A stretch of 20,000 bases of DNA from an uncultured virus (IMG/VR IMGVR_UViG_3300031760_003860) (lineage: Duplodnaviria > Heunggongvirae > Uroviricota > Caudoviricetes), in IMG/VR virus record IMGVR_UViG_3300031760_003860. The stretch is one strand, 5' to 3'. Made by a program: the position numbers and the translations under genes. Below, in pieces: positions 1 to 9,245 of the stretch. How positions within the stretch are numbered: the stretch's first letter is position 1; each line of letters opens with the position of its first letter. A model generated the notes under the pieces. That model worked only from the letters and a program-made list of their open reading frames with translations, was not told the DNA's origin and ran no database searches.

Positions 1-9
1 TGTTGAAAT

Positions 10-111
10 ATGCCAAGACCAATAATTCGTAAAGGAGCCAAATTTGACCCAGTTGAAGTGAAATCAATTACAAAGGTGGGTAAATTTGAACGCTCTATCG
101 TTATTATGAAT
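10..111 (+). CDS. Exon 1 (34 codons, MPRPIIRK...SIVIMN) of intron-split HNH-like jumbo phage protein
   Basis: ATG at 10 (in-frame TGA at 4-6), open to AAT at 109-111, followed at once by group I intron P1; joins in phase 0 to 597. Confidence 0.8.
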
Positions 112-596
112 TAACTATTAGTTCATGTAAAACCTATCTAATTGCGGGGAAGTCTTGTTAAACCATAAATACCAAACTAAGATGGTGACATACTTAGTGG
201 CGAGGGGTAACTCCCGAGGTATGGTAAAAAGTTTATGGGTAGAGACAATCGACGCAGCGAAGTATCTTATTTATAAGATATGAGTTCAACGACTATCGAA
301 AGGGTATCTTAGATAAAAATATCTAGGAGAGTAACTGAGTAGAGTAGACCTCAAGTGAGGGTGAACTATTATATAGTTCTTTACGAAACGGTAGGCATGT
401 ATACACTGGTAACAGGTGTATATATGAAGATATAGTCTGTACATCTATTGAGAGATAGAGAAATTATCGATTTAAAAATCTATATCCTTTCTAGTATGAC
501 AGGATTTTAGGCTTTGCACGGTAATGTGCGTGATTATAGTTTGAGATTTTTAAATCAATAATTTAGTTAGTCTAACGAACTAACTTAACACATTAG
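112..596 (+). ncRNA. Group I self-splicing intron, 485 nt, no homing endonuclease ORF
   Basis: P1 ATGAAT|TAA-cta-TTAGTTCAT with U111-G121 wobble at the 5' splice site; P AATTGCGGGGA (140-150); Q CAATCGACGCAGCG (246-259); R GTTCAACGACTA (284-295); S AAGATATAGTCT (427-438); P7 GACTA/TAGTC; P3 CCTATC/GGTAGG; terminal G596; removal restores one reading frame. Confidence 0.92.
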
Positions 597-1166
597 GATA
601 AGCAGAAGATTGCTTTTATTAAGAGATTAGAAACAATTGTGCGTACATCTATGGAATATAAAGATTATATCAAATATTTACGGGAGTTTATCAATATGGA
701 AGAATGTTCTTTCTATAAGAACGTTACGAATAAGTATAGTAAGAAAATCTCCATAGAGATTCACCATGAGCCGTTTACATTATTTGATATTTGTGATGTT
801 ATTTTATCAAAGTGGCTAAAGAAGGATTGGAATCTAGACCCTTATTTAATGGCTGAAGAGGTTATGAAATTACATTATATGAACTTGGTTGGTTTAGTAC
901 CGTTATCAATAACAGTTCACCAATTAGTTCATGATGGAAAATTATTTGTTCCGCTACAAAATGTTAAAGGAGACTTTAATGATTTCATTAGATCATATGA
1001 AGAATTCATGAGTCCGGAATTGAAATCTAAAATCAAAGCAAAGAAGATTCTTTCTGAAGAAGTTGTTGATACATCTGTACTAGATAAGAAGTTTATTTAC
1101 TTAAAAGTAGAAGGATGGGAATTACCTAGTATTGTATCTGAAGATTTGGAAGAATCTGACGATTAG
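597..1166 (+). CDS. Exon 2 of conserved jumbo phage protein with HNH-like His motifs (spliced product about 223 aa)
   Basis: Frame is open from 597 (DKQKIAFIKRLETIVRTSMEY), upstream of the track start at 639. Motifs EIHHEPFTLFD and VPLSITVHQLVH; aligns with paralog at 8503-9150 (VKAVEKMVRSSKEY, EMHHGPILTLFD, VMLSKTAHEEVH). Confidence 0.8.
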   Translation, partial: DKQKIAFIKRLETIVRTSMEYKDYIKYLREFINMEECSFYKNVTNKYSKKISIEIHHEPFTLFDICDVILSKWLKKDWNLDPYLMAEEVMKLHYMNLVGLVPLSITVHQLVHDGKLFVPLQNVKGDFNDFIRSYEEFMSPELKSKIKAKKILSEEVVDTSVLDKKFIYLKVEGWELPSIVSEDLEESDD

Positions 1167-1180
1167 AAAGAGGAAATATT

Positions 1181-1522
1181 ATGATAGATTTGATAACAGA
1201 TATCATAAAGTGTGAAGAATCGGCAAAAGAAGATTTCTTAAAGGGATTGTATGAAAGAGCCCTTTTACTATTAAGGGAGCATTTTTATGATGTAGTAGAT
1301 AATGAGGATGCTTATCTGCATAAAATAAAGTCTGAGATGGTGGAAAAAGAACAACATGTGGTCTATGATTATAATGGACAGTTATTGCAGCCGAATTTTG
1401 AATTTAGCCTAGAGGTTAAAACTGGAACTTTACATGCTTCGTTAGAAAGTTTTACACGATACGATTTATTTTCAGATGAATCAAAAACTATTTCTTTACA
1501 TGATTGGTTAAAGGAGCAATAA
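1181..1522 (+). CDS. Hypothetical protein (113 aa)
   Basis: ORF with AGAGGA RBS; no recognisable motif. Confidence 0.7.
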   Translation: MIDLITDIIKCEESAKEDFLKGLYERALLLLREHFYDVVDNEDAYLHKIKSEMVEKEQHVVYDYNGQLLQPNFEFSLEVKTGTLHASLESFTRYDLFSDESKTISLHDWLKEQ

Positions 1523-1528
1523 ATGAGT

Positions 1529-1565
1529 TGTTACCTAGAAGTTATATTATAACTTCTAGGTGACA
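1529..1565. terminator. Long inverted repeat, probable terminator
   Basis: TGTTACCTAGAAGTTATA-t-TATAACTTCTAGGTGACA just after the stop at 1522. Confidence 0.7.
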
Positions 1566-1625
1566 TTTGTTATTTCAAAAATACCAATGATTATATATCA
1601 TTAAGATAGAAAGGAGAAATGGATT

Positions 1626-2618
1626 ATGTTTATAGATACAGGAACATCATCCAAATCAAATACCGAGCCAATTGATTTGGTGTATATCAATGACTTTGAT
1701 GATACTTATAATGAGTATGAAGAAGAGAAAGCGAGGAATGAACTAGAAAGAGAAGCACGAAAAATTAGAAGAAGATATAGAAATATTAATGAGTATAACT
1801 ACGCTCTTAATATCTTTTGTCAATATATGGCAGAGCTTTCTATATCGTATGGACAGAGGGAATTATTTAATGCGGCATTGCGTTCTGGAGCAATAAAAGA
1901 TTTTATTCCACCGTTTCCTAGATTAAAGATGACTAAGTTAAATAAGAAAATGCTTAAGAAAGGAATTAGAGATTCTATTGGAGACGGAAAGCTTATATCA
2001 TCACCAGAAGATGTAGAAATGTTAATTCGTGCTTATATGGGAGATGAAGAATATATTGACCCAAATGAAACGGTTTTATATAATCCAATTCCAGTCCATA
2101 AGACGAAGATATTGGAAGAGGAGATAGATGATGTTAAAGATGAAACAGGTATGAGAAGTGATAGACGTATGTCGGAAATCGATTATTTGGAAGAATACTT
2201 TAGAGCTAAAAACATTATGAAATCTAAGAAATCATCAAAGAAGAAAAAAGAAGACGAAGAACTATCAGGTTCAGACTGGTTCTATGGTAATTATTCTTCG
2301 GATGACGTAGAAGAAAAAGAGAATGAAGTTGTATGGTACGAGGGAAGCCTCTTAAGTGGAAAAGAAATCGAGGATGTCAAAGTTATGAGAATGCTAAAGA
2401 CGCTCGGTTGGGATTCTATAAAGATGATGCGAGGAAAAACTGGTACAGTTTCATCTGTTCGACATATGAAAAATGTGGATAAGATGGAAAAGAAAGCAAA
2501 GAAGAAGAAAGAGAAAACAGATAATTTCTTAACAAAGGTATTGACCGATAACTCATTCGATTCTTTTGAAGACTTCGAAGATGCTATGTTAGATTTTACG
2601 TTTGGAGGTGATAGTTGA
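1626..2618 (+). CDS. Hypothetical charged protein (330 aa)
   Basis: Long ORF, AAAGGAG RBS, Lys- and Glu-rich tracts; stop overlaps the next start. Confidence 0.75.
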   Translation: MFIDTGTSSKSNTEPIDLVYINDFDDTYNEYEEEKARNELEREARKIRRRYRNINEYNYALNIFCQYMAELSISYGQRELFNAALRSGAIKDFIPPFPRLKMTKLNKKMLKKGIRDSIGDGKLISSPEDVEMLIRAYMGDEEYIDPNETVLYNPIPVHKTKILEEEIDDVKDETGMRSDRRMSEIDYLEEYFRAKNIMKSKKSSKKKKEDEELSGSDWFYGNYSSDDVEEKENEVVWYEGSLLSGKEIEDVKVMRMLKTLGWDSIKMMRGKTGTVSSVRHMKNVDKMEKKAKKKKEKTDNFLTKVLTDNSFDSFEDFEDAMLDFTFGGDS

Positions 2619-4390
2619 TGTTGAAAACTAAAGTTTTAAGATGCCGAATAAATGAAGTCTTTACAAATGATATGTTAAAAGCAATTCATCAGGTAACTGA
2701 TGACCCTACTATTCCAGACAATAATTCTAAGATAGATATTATTAATGAGCTATTAACGAGATTTGAAATTGACTATGTTCCGATTGGACCTGGTACAAAT
2801 CGTTATGCTATTTTGATTGATGGTATTGTATTTAAGATAGCATTAGATGACTGGGGAATGAGAGATAATCTAAATGAATTTGCTATGTCTAGAGAACTTC
2901 AACCTTATGTAATTAAGGTATATGAAGTAAATTCATTAGGAACCATAATGACTTGTCAGTATGTGACTGTAATAGACAAAGACGAATACCTAAAACAGAA
3001 AGAAGCCATCTTATCAATCTTAGAAGATTTATCTCAATCATATCTTTTAGGTGATGTCGGTTATGTTAGTAAGAACTTCTTGAACTGGGGTTATACTGAC
3101 GAAGGTGATTTAGTAATTCTTGACTTTGCTTATATCTATAAAGTAATTGCTCATGAATTACTTTGTAATAATAAAGATTGTATTTCTCATCCATATCTTG
3201 AGTACAATTCAACTTATACGGAATTGCATTGCCCAGAGTGTAGAAAGAAATATACATTTATGGATATCCGTAGAAGATATAATAAGAAAGACGAAGAGGA
3301 CTTAATTCGTTTAACGAAAGAGTTATCTTATAAGACTCAAGGAAAGACATACGATATCGAAGTGGATGTTAATGAAGAAAAGAAACCATTTGAAGTTATC
3401 ATTGATGATGAAGATGATGAAAATGCACTTTCTAATTTAACATATGAAGAACTTAATAGTAATAATAAAGAACTTCGTAATATTGATATCGGTGTAGAGA
3501 AATCAATGGAAGTGATTAATTCTTTTGTAGTACAAAAGGATGAAAATATATTTGACCCAGATGTTTTAACTAAGCTAGAAGAAAGAAGGAAAAATAAGGA
3601 GGATACTACTATGAGTTATTTTATGGAACATTTAGCTGAATTACAGAGCGGAAAGAAGAAAAAAGAAGAAGACTTTTCTTTTTATCCAACAGCGAAACCA
3701 GTGGTAGAAGAAATAGAGGAAGAGAAACAGGAAGATCCAGTTGATGCATATACAGCTATGTTAAATGGCTTTAATAATTCTCAGCCTCAGAAGAAACCTA
3801 ATTATCAGGCAACTGAAAAGATACAAGAAAATAAGCCGAGAAATAACAATCAGCAGAACAAGAAGAAATTCAACGAGAAACCTGTGAGAAATGTTAATCC
3901 ATCTCCTAAGCAGGAAGCGAAAGTGGAAGAAAAGAAGCAGACTCCAAAGAGAGTAATTCCTACTAGAAATCCAGAAGAAGTAGTCAATGTCAATATCCAG
4001 GAGCGAGAACCAGTTGTAGACGAAAAGGTTGAAGAAGTTAAGCTGGTTGAAAATGTTGAAGTGACACCAGTTACACAACAGGAAGCTGAAGAACACTTTG
4101 ATAATATTATTGAAGAATTACAGGCAGATGAAAATGCATATTCTGTTAAAGTTCCAGATGAAGAAAATCCTTTAGATGAAACAAAGGAAGTAAAGGGAGG
4201 TGAAACCGTGACAGATTCTCAGAAAGAAGTTTTAGCTGCGTTGAATGCTCCTCAGCAGACAACAATGTCAAATGAGGAAGACAAGGCGGTAATTAAAAAT
4301 GACGATGCTAAACCATCATTCTCATTTACACCAGCTCCAAGTAAGGAATCAGATATTGAAGCGTTAATCAACAGTCAGAAAAGAGGTTAA
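2615..4390 (+). CDS. Protein kinase-like fold protein with Zn finger and long disordered C-terminus
   Basis: Gly loop IGPGTNR, VFKIA lysine, NLNE helix-C Glu, catalytic GDV..N, VILDFA (DFG-like), then CNNKDC/CPEC; C-terminal half is E/K/N/Q/P-rich low complexity. Confidence 0.7.
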   Translation: MMLKTKVLRCRINEVFTNDMLKAIHQVTDDPTIPDNNSKIDIINELLTRFEIDYVPIGPGTNRYAILIDGIVFKIALDDWGMRDNLNEFAMSRELQPYVIKVYEVNSLGTIMTCQYVTVIDKDEYLKQKEAILSILEDLSQSYLLGDVGYVSKNFLNWGYTDEGDLVILDFAYIYKVIAHELLCNNKDCISHPYLEYNSTYTELHCPECRKKYTFMDIRRRYNKKDEEDLIRLTKELSYKTQGKTYDIEVDVNEEKKPFEVIIDDEDDENALSNLTYEELNSNNKELRNIDIGVEKSMEVINSFVVQKDENIFDPDVLTKLEERRKNKEDTTMSYFMEHLAELQSGKKKKEEDFSFYPTAKPVVEEIEEEKQEDPVDAYTAMLNGFNNSQPQKKPNYQATEKIQENKPRNNNQQNKKKFNEKPVRNVNPSPKQEAKVEEKKQTPKRVIPTRNPEEVVNVNIQEREPVVDEKVEEVKLVENVEVTPVTQQEAEEHFDNIIEELQADENAYSVKVPDEENPLDETKEVKGGETVTDSQKEVLAALNAPQQTTMSNEEDKAVIKNDDAKPSFSFTPAPSKESDIEALINSQKRG

Positions 4391-4392
4391 AT

Positions 4393-5064
4393 ATGATACT
4401 TTATCTTGACACAAAAAAGTTGTGCAAGTTTCTGGCAGATAAAAATCCGAGAGACTACTATTTTGTAGTTATCTCGGATTTAGTTTCGACTGACCAGAAA
4501 TATGATAATATAAGTTACTTGTCCAATTTAGTTCCAACGCCATCTGCGTTAAGAAAGTTCTATACAAATGGAATAACAGATGAATACCGTGGAGCGTATC
4601 TTTCTATGGTTAGTAAACCAGATAACATTACGAGTTTAGCGATTATTGTTAATGCTGCCATCAATCGTAATTTGAATCTTATACTAGTAAATGCTCCAAG
4701 AGAGAAGAATCTATGTTATATGGAATTATTGGCTGATTTTATTGAGAGTTCTTTTAAGCTTCCAGTATATAATTGGAAGGACTATAAGAAAGACAAGAAA
4801 ATAGCTTATATGGAGTATACGGAAGAACAGAAGAAAATTGCTAATGTAGTATTAAAGAAGTTATGTAAGACTCTGAAGGAGAAAGAGGAAAAAAATATTG
4901 ATGTTATCTTACACCCTGAGAATTACATGAAAATGCTGCAGAAGTTAAAGAAGAAAGAATTAAGAAATATCTGTACTGTTCAGCATATTCCTTTATGGGG
5001 AAAAGAGCATAAGGACAAAGACAAGATGATTCTTAAAATTATGAAGAGAATTAGCATTTGCTAA
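4393..5064 (+). CDS. Hypothetical protein (223 aa)
   Basis: ORF with GAGG RBS coupled to the upstream gene. Confidence 0.7.
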   Translation: MILYLDTKKLCKFLADKNPRDYYFVVISDLVSTDQKYDNISYLSNLVPTPSALRKFYTNGITDEYRGAYLSMVSKPDNITSLAIIVNAAINRNLNLILVNAPREKNLCYMELLADFIESSFKLPVYNWKDYKKDKKIAYMEYTEEQKKIANVVLKKLCKTLKEKEEKNIDVILHPENYMKMLQKLKKKELRNICTVQHIPLWGKEHKDKDKMILKIMKRISIC

Positions 5065-5094
5065 TTCTCTTCTTTTTACTTAGGAGGAATTAAG

Positions 5095-5787
5095 TTGAAT
5101 AATATTAAATTATTTGTGATTGAAGAAACAACATGTCCTATATGTGGGGCTAAAATTGACAGAGAACCATTTTCAGAGCCAGGAGTTTCAGAGTTCTGGT
5201 GTGATGATTGTAGTGTCAAAACTACATTTGTTGATAGAAATGTGAATTTAGTGTTAAATAATAAATCAGATTTATTCAATATAGAGACTATAAATGCTCT
5301 TAGAATTGGACATTGTAAACCTTGTAGTGTACGACTTTTTGTTCAAGAAAATCTGGAAGCTATGGAAGAGATTAGAAAACAATTAGAGTTTGATGATTCT
5401 ATGAAGATGAATTTTTCAGTCCATTGTCAAATAAGAGACGATATTCCTAATTATGTGATTATTAGAAAAAGATTTGCTAGAGAACTTGTAAAATTTTACG
5501 AAGAGATTTTTTCTAATGTAGAAAATAAGAAACTTAAAAGATATAGATTTAAAACAAAATCAGTTGATGATTTTAGACCATTGATAGATATGAGTTCTAT
5601 AAACATGCCTTGGTGGTCCACAGGAGAGTCTGGTGACGGCAAATATGCTACAATAGTATGCTACCTACCTCCAGAAGAAGATTTGATGAAATACTGGGAC
5701 GACGCGTATGATATTGATGTTGAAGACGTTGAAGAAATTAAATACAGTAGTAGATTTCCAAAACCAGATTGGGTGAAAGGAGAATAA
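5095..5787 (+). CDS. Zn-ribbon-containing modular phage protein
   Basis: GGAGG RBS, TTG start; CPICG...EFWCDDC; Trp-rich C-terminal domain (PWWSTG...YWDDA...RFPKPDW). Confidence 0.7.
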   Translation: MNNIKLFVIEETTCPICGAKIDREPFSEPGVSEFWCDDCSVKTTFVDRNVNLVLNNKSDLFNIETINALRIGHCKPCSVRLFVQENLEAMEEIRKQLEFDDSMKMNFSVHCQIRDDIPNYVIIRKRFARELVKFYEEIFSNVENKKLKRYRFKTKSVDDFRPLIDMSSINMPWWSTGESGDGKYATIVCYLPPEEDLMKYWDDAYDIDVEDVEEIKYSSRFPKPDWVKGE

Positions 5788-5790
5788 CTG

Positions 5791-6213
5791 ATGAATAATA
5801 AATTATTTGAAACAAAAAAGAGTATATGTCCTAAATGTGGAAAAGAACTTATTAGATTAGAGCCGTATTCAACTAAAGGCGTATCAGAGTTCTGGTGTGA
5901 TGATTGCAATATTAAAATTACAATTGACGATAAGAATAGAGATGAATTAAATACAGAGTTGAGTTCGGCAGATTTGCTTGAACCATCAACAATGAAATTA
6001 GAAGAAACTAAATTTTCTACCAAAGACCTTTTTCCCAAAGCAGTTAAAAACTATGCAAATCAAGACAGTAATTTGAAAGTCCAGTATAATGTAGGAGATG
6101 CCGATGCGGATAATGTAATTATCAGCGAGAGTTTTGCTAAAAAGATATTTGCTGATGAGCATCCTATTGATGCCGTGAAAGAAGTAATCGATAACAAAAC
6201 CCAAGCGATGTAG
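5791..6213 (+). CDS. Zn-ribbon protein, N-terminus paralogous to the upstream gene; possibly truncated
   Basis: AAGGAG RBS; CPKCG...GVSEFWCDDC; 23-bp identity TCAGAGTTCTGGTGTGATGATTG at 5188-5210 and 5884-5906. Confidence 0.65.
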   Translation: MNNKLFETKKSICPKCGKELIRLEPYSTKGVSEFWCDDCNIKITIDDKNRDELNTELSSADLLEPSTMKLEETKFSTKDLFPKAVKNYANQDSNLKVQYNVGDADADNVIISESFAKKIFADEHPIDAVKEVIDNKTQAM

Positions 6214-6420
6214 AATTGTGAAATGAATGAGCCTTATATGGCGTCCAGTAAGTCTGACAATATGAGTGTCGCCAAGGTTACTGTTGATGAATTTTTATCT
6301 CTGATTCCGGGTCGTCATGCTTAAGTGACTTCTGAAATAGAAAAAAGTACTCAAGAAGCGTTATCTTCAAAATGGGGTTATGAAGAGCAGAAGATTCAGA
6401 TGAAAGATAACTACAATTAA

Positions 6421-6432
6421 AACAGAATGATA
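6421..6432 (+). promoter_or_regulatory. AACA-N6-TA putative late phage promoter
   Basis: AACA-gaatga-TA about 33 nt before ATG 6465; same motif recurs upstream of other genes. Confidence 0.55.
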
Positions 6433-6464
6433 ATACGATAAATTATTCATAGGAGAAAATAGAA

Positions 6465-7223
6465 ATGGGTAAATTATATGAAAGGTCATTCTATACTAAT
6501 ACAGGCATTGAAAGTCTCATAAATACTCCAATTATCGAATATGATATCAAGAGTGGCGGTTTCAATGTCTGTAAGTTTTTTAAGTTATTACCAGAAAAGA
6601 AAATAGAGAAATTAGAATCTTTAGGAAAGAAAGACAGACAGATTCAGTTAGGATTGTATCAAAAGAAGCAAAAAGGTCTTTCGAAACAAATGGAAGAAGG
6701 CTTTAAAAAATGTCGTGAAATATTTTTTAAAGCTAACGATTTAGCAAACGAAGATGTCATTTCTATTAAGAGAGATGCGTTATTTGTAACAAAGCCATGC
6801 TATAAATGTGAGTTTGAGAATATTCTATTTAGAGAAAAGAATATTTACTCTTCGTATTACTATATAGATGGGAAAGAATTATACTACAACAAAGATAGAC
6901 TTGATGTGAAAGGAATTGATGATATTAAATTACTCAAGCATAAGGATTATATGTTATCATTTCTTAGTAATATATTCCGATGTATTGAAGAAGGTTCGTA
7001 TGACTATGCTAGAAAAACATTAAGAGAATTTTCTGATTATTATAGGCATAGAGCTTTGGATATAGAATACTATAGAGAATTCAATAGTGATTCGTTATTT
7101 ATGACGGATATAGAATTTATGGGGGATTATATGGGTCTTCATGATACAGGAGATATTTCTATAGTTAATATCAACTATAACTATACACATATAATCGTTC
7201 CATTGATATCAATTCTATCATAA
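6465..7223 (+). CDS. Minimal family B DNA polymerase palm-like protein
   Basis: Motif A-like IEYDIKS and motif C-like SIKRDALFV, plus LDVKGI; only 252 aa, no exonuclease domain. Confidence 0.6.
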   Translation: MGKLYERSFYTNTGIESLINTPIIEYDIKSGGFNVCKFFKLLPEKKIEKLESLGKKDRQIQLGLYQKKQKGLSKQMEEGFKKCREIFFKANDLANEDVISIKRDALFVTKPCYKCEFENILFREKNIYSSYYYIDGKELYYNKDRLDVKGIDDIKLLKHKDYMLSFLSNIFRCIEEGSYDYARKTLREFSDYYRHRALDIEYYREFNSDSLFMTDIEFMGDYMGLHDTGDISIVNINYNYTHIIVPLISILS

Positions 7224-7233
7224 GGAGGAATTT

Positions 7234-8028
7234 ATGAAAATAGATTTAACATATAAATGCTCTATGGGTTGTTCACACTGTATGTTAGCCTGTACAGAAA
7301 ATGGAGAAGAGATGAAACTAGATGTACTAAAGGATGTGATGGGTTTTATTAAGACACATAAAATACCGTATGTCTTATTATCGGGTGGAGAGTTATTTGA
7401 GCATAGTAGCATTTTAGATTGTATGAAGTTGATTCTAGAAAATACAGATGCCAAAACTCCGATAATGATTACTACAAATGGGAGAAAACTTTCTAGTGAT
7501 ATAGATATGCTAGAAAAGTTTAAAGAAATAATTGCACCTCATAAAAAGAGAATCATGATGCAGGTAACAGATGACGATAGATTCTATCCAACTAAATTAG
7601 ATAGTAAACAGAGATATCGTTTAGAGAAATTAGGTGCTACTATAGAACCAGTACCATCCAGAAATCCAGAAGATAGAAACAGATGTCTTTATCCTCAGGG
7701 TAGAGCATTAGAAAATTTTACAGATGAATGGTATGATTCTATAGCACCAAAATGTATTAACTGTCGTTTAATGGTAAAACAAGGAGTTAATAGTTTTCAT
7801 AAATTAGTTATGACGTTAATGAGTGCGGCTAAACTGTGCACACCAGCCATCGCACCGGATGGTTCTATTAAACTTGGAGAGTCAGCTTTATGCCCAGCTT
7901 GTTCAAGTATATATAAGAGCGATTCAGAAATTATAGAAGATATAAGAAAATTTGATTGTGGAGCTTGCAAATATTCTTGGGAGAAAGCGAAGCATAATAC
8001 TGAAATGATGGACATAATGTGTCAATAA
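7234..8028 (+). CDS. Radical SAM protein
   Basis: CSMGCSHC (CxxxCxxC), SGGE, TTNG; additional C-terminal Cys clusters (CINC, CPAC, CGAC). Confidence 0.9.
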   Translation: MKIDLTYKCSMGCSHCMLACTENGEEMKLDVLKDVMGFIKTHKIPYVLLSGGELFEHSSILDCMKLILENTDAKTPIMITTNGRKLSSDIDMLEKFKEIIAPHKKRIMMQVTDDDRFYPTKLDSKQRYRLEKLGATIEPVPSRNPEDRNRCLYPQGRALENFTDEWYDSIAPKCINCRLMVKQGVNSFHKLVMTLMSAAKLCTPAIAPDGSIKLGESALCPACSSIYKSDSEIIEDIRKFDCGACKYSWEKAKHNTEMMDIMCQ

Positions 8029-8070
8029 AAAGAAGGTACTAGAGTTTTATTCTCTAGTACCTTCTTTTTT
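8027..8070. terminator. Bidirectional intrinsic terminator
   Basis: AAAAAGAAGGTACTAGAG-ttttatt-CTCTAGTACCTTCTTTTT between convergent genes. Confidence 0.9.
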
Positions 8071-8480
8071 TATTTTTGTCGCGATTTTAAATCGGCAATC
8101 AGTAGCAATTCTACATTTTGTATGACAAAACGCATTAAGTAATCTTCACTGAAATAATAAGCAAAGTTTTCCTGCGTTCCTTTTCCTATGTTAGCATAAA
8201 TTTCTTTTGATAAAATCTCCAGCTCTTCTTCAATGCGATAGTATCTCATTGTGTTTAAGTCATATACGAGAGCTTTACGTTTTTCAAAACTCATATTAAT
8301 ACACCAACTAACAATGTTAATTACATCTTCATGTGATAATGTTGGTTTAAATGGTATTTTTGGAGTTTCATTAGATGGCATTTTATCTATTTTTTTAGCT
8401 ATAAATAAAAATCCTAGTATAATCACACCCAAAATAGCAACTAGAGATAAAAGAAATAAACAGCGTGTTACAATATCCAT
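8070..8480 (-). CDS. Membrane-anchored hypothetical protein
   Basis: AAGGAGG RBS on minus strand; N-terminal hydrophobic helix LFLLSLVAILGVIILGFLFI. Confidence 0.75.
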   Translation of the reverse strand: MDIVTRCLFLLSLVAILGVIILGFLFIAKKIDKMPSNETPKIPFKPTLSHEDVINIVSWCINMSFEKRKALVYDLNTMRYYRIEEELEILSKEIYANIGKGTQENFAYYFSEDYLMRFVIQNVELLLIADLKSRQK

Positions 8481-8502
8481 ATATTACCTCCTTAAGTATA
8501 TC

Positions 8503-9150
8503 TTAACTCCATTCCCGTATAGTATCTCTTAATTCAAGTATACCATTATCCGTACTATCATATCTGAGAGAAGTTTCGATATATTCATTAATTTTATCTC
8601 TTTGTTCTCGACTTATTCCATATCCATATTTTCTGATAAATCGGTTTATATTACCAAAACCTTGTTTCATATTCAGAAAGATATTGTTTTCATGAACCTC
8701 TTCATGTGCCGTTTTACTTAGCATGACTACCTGCACATTATTTTCATAATGCTCTTGTATTACCTTAGTAGTCATACCGAATGTAGAAAGAACCCTTCCA
8801 TGATATAATTCGCTATCTGTCATAATAGAAATTACATCAAAAAGAGTAAGTATTGGTCCATGATGCATTTCTATCTCTGTCATAGAGTTGGGTTCTTCTG
8901 GAAGCTCGATATTGGGATGTATTTGACACACATTTAATCCTAACTCATGTAATTTTCCTTTATATTGCTTATATTCTTTTGAACTTCTTACCATTTTTTC
9001 TACAGCTTTTACATAACGGACAAAGTTATCATAAGGTGCAAAGTATTCATTATCTTTATAAAAAGGAATCTCGAAACCTACACCATAATCATTATCTAAA
9101 ATCGGCATACGGTTCGTCCCTGTAAATGAAATACCTGGTATTTTTGGCAT
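8503..9150 (-). CDS. HNH-like jumbo phage protein, paralog of the intron-split gene
   Basis: Start revised to ATG 9150 (GAAAGGAG RBS; MPKIPG); EMHHGPILTLFD, EHYEN, LSKTAHEEVH motifs shared with 597-1166. Confidence 0.75.
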   Translation of the reverse strand: MPKIPGISFTGTNRMPILDNDYGVGFEIPFYKDNEYFAPYDNFVRYVKAVEKMVRSSKEYKQYKGKLHELGLNVCQIHPNIELPEEPNSMTEIEMHHGPILTLFDVISIMTDSELYHGRVLSTFGMTTKVIQEHYENNVQVVMLSKTAHEEVHENNIFLNMKQGFGNINRFIRKYGYGISREQRDKINEYIETSLRYDSTDNGILELRDTIREWS

Positions 9151-9181
9151 AGCTACCCTCTCCTTTCTTATTCTCATAGGT

Positions 9182-9193
9182 TACATAAATGTT
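9182..9193 (-). promoter_or_regulatory. AACA-N6-TA putative late phage promoter
   Basis: Minus strand AACA-tttatg-TA about 32 nt before ATG 9150; a divergent variant CACA-taattt-TA (9207-9218, +) precedes 9246. Confidence 0.5.
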
Positions 9194-9245
9194 TCCTTAA
9201 TACAAGCACATAATTTTAATAATACTTTAGAAAGGAGAAGTATTC

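Noticed and set aside
1590..1610. TATATATCAT as an early phage promoter
   Set aside because: Single occurrence in AT-rich DNA; cannot be supported from this window.
6100..6150. NVIISESFAKK resembles an RNAP beta motif
   Set aside because: Too short, with no flanking similarity.
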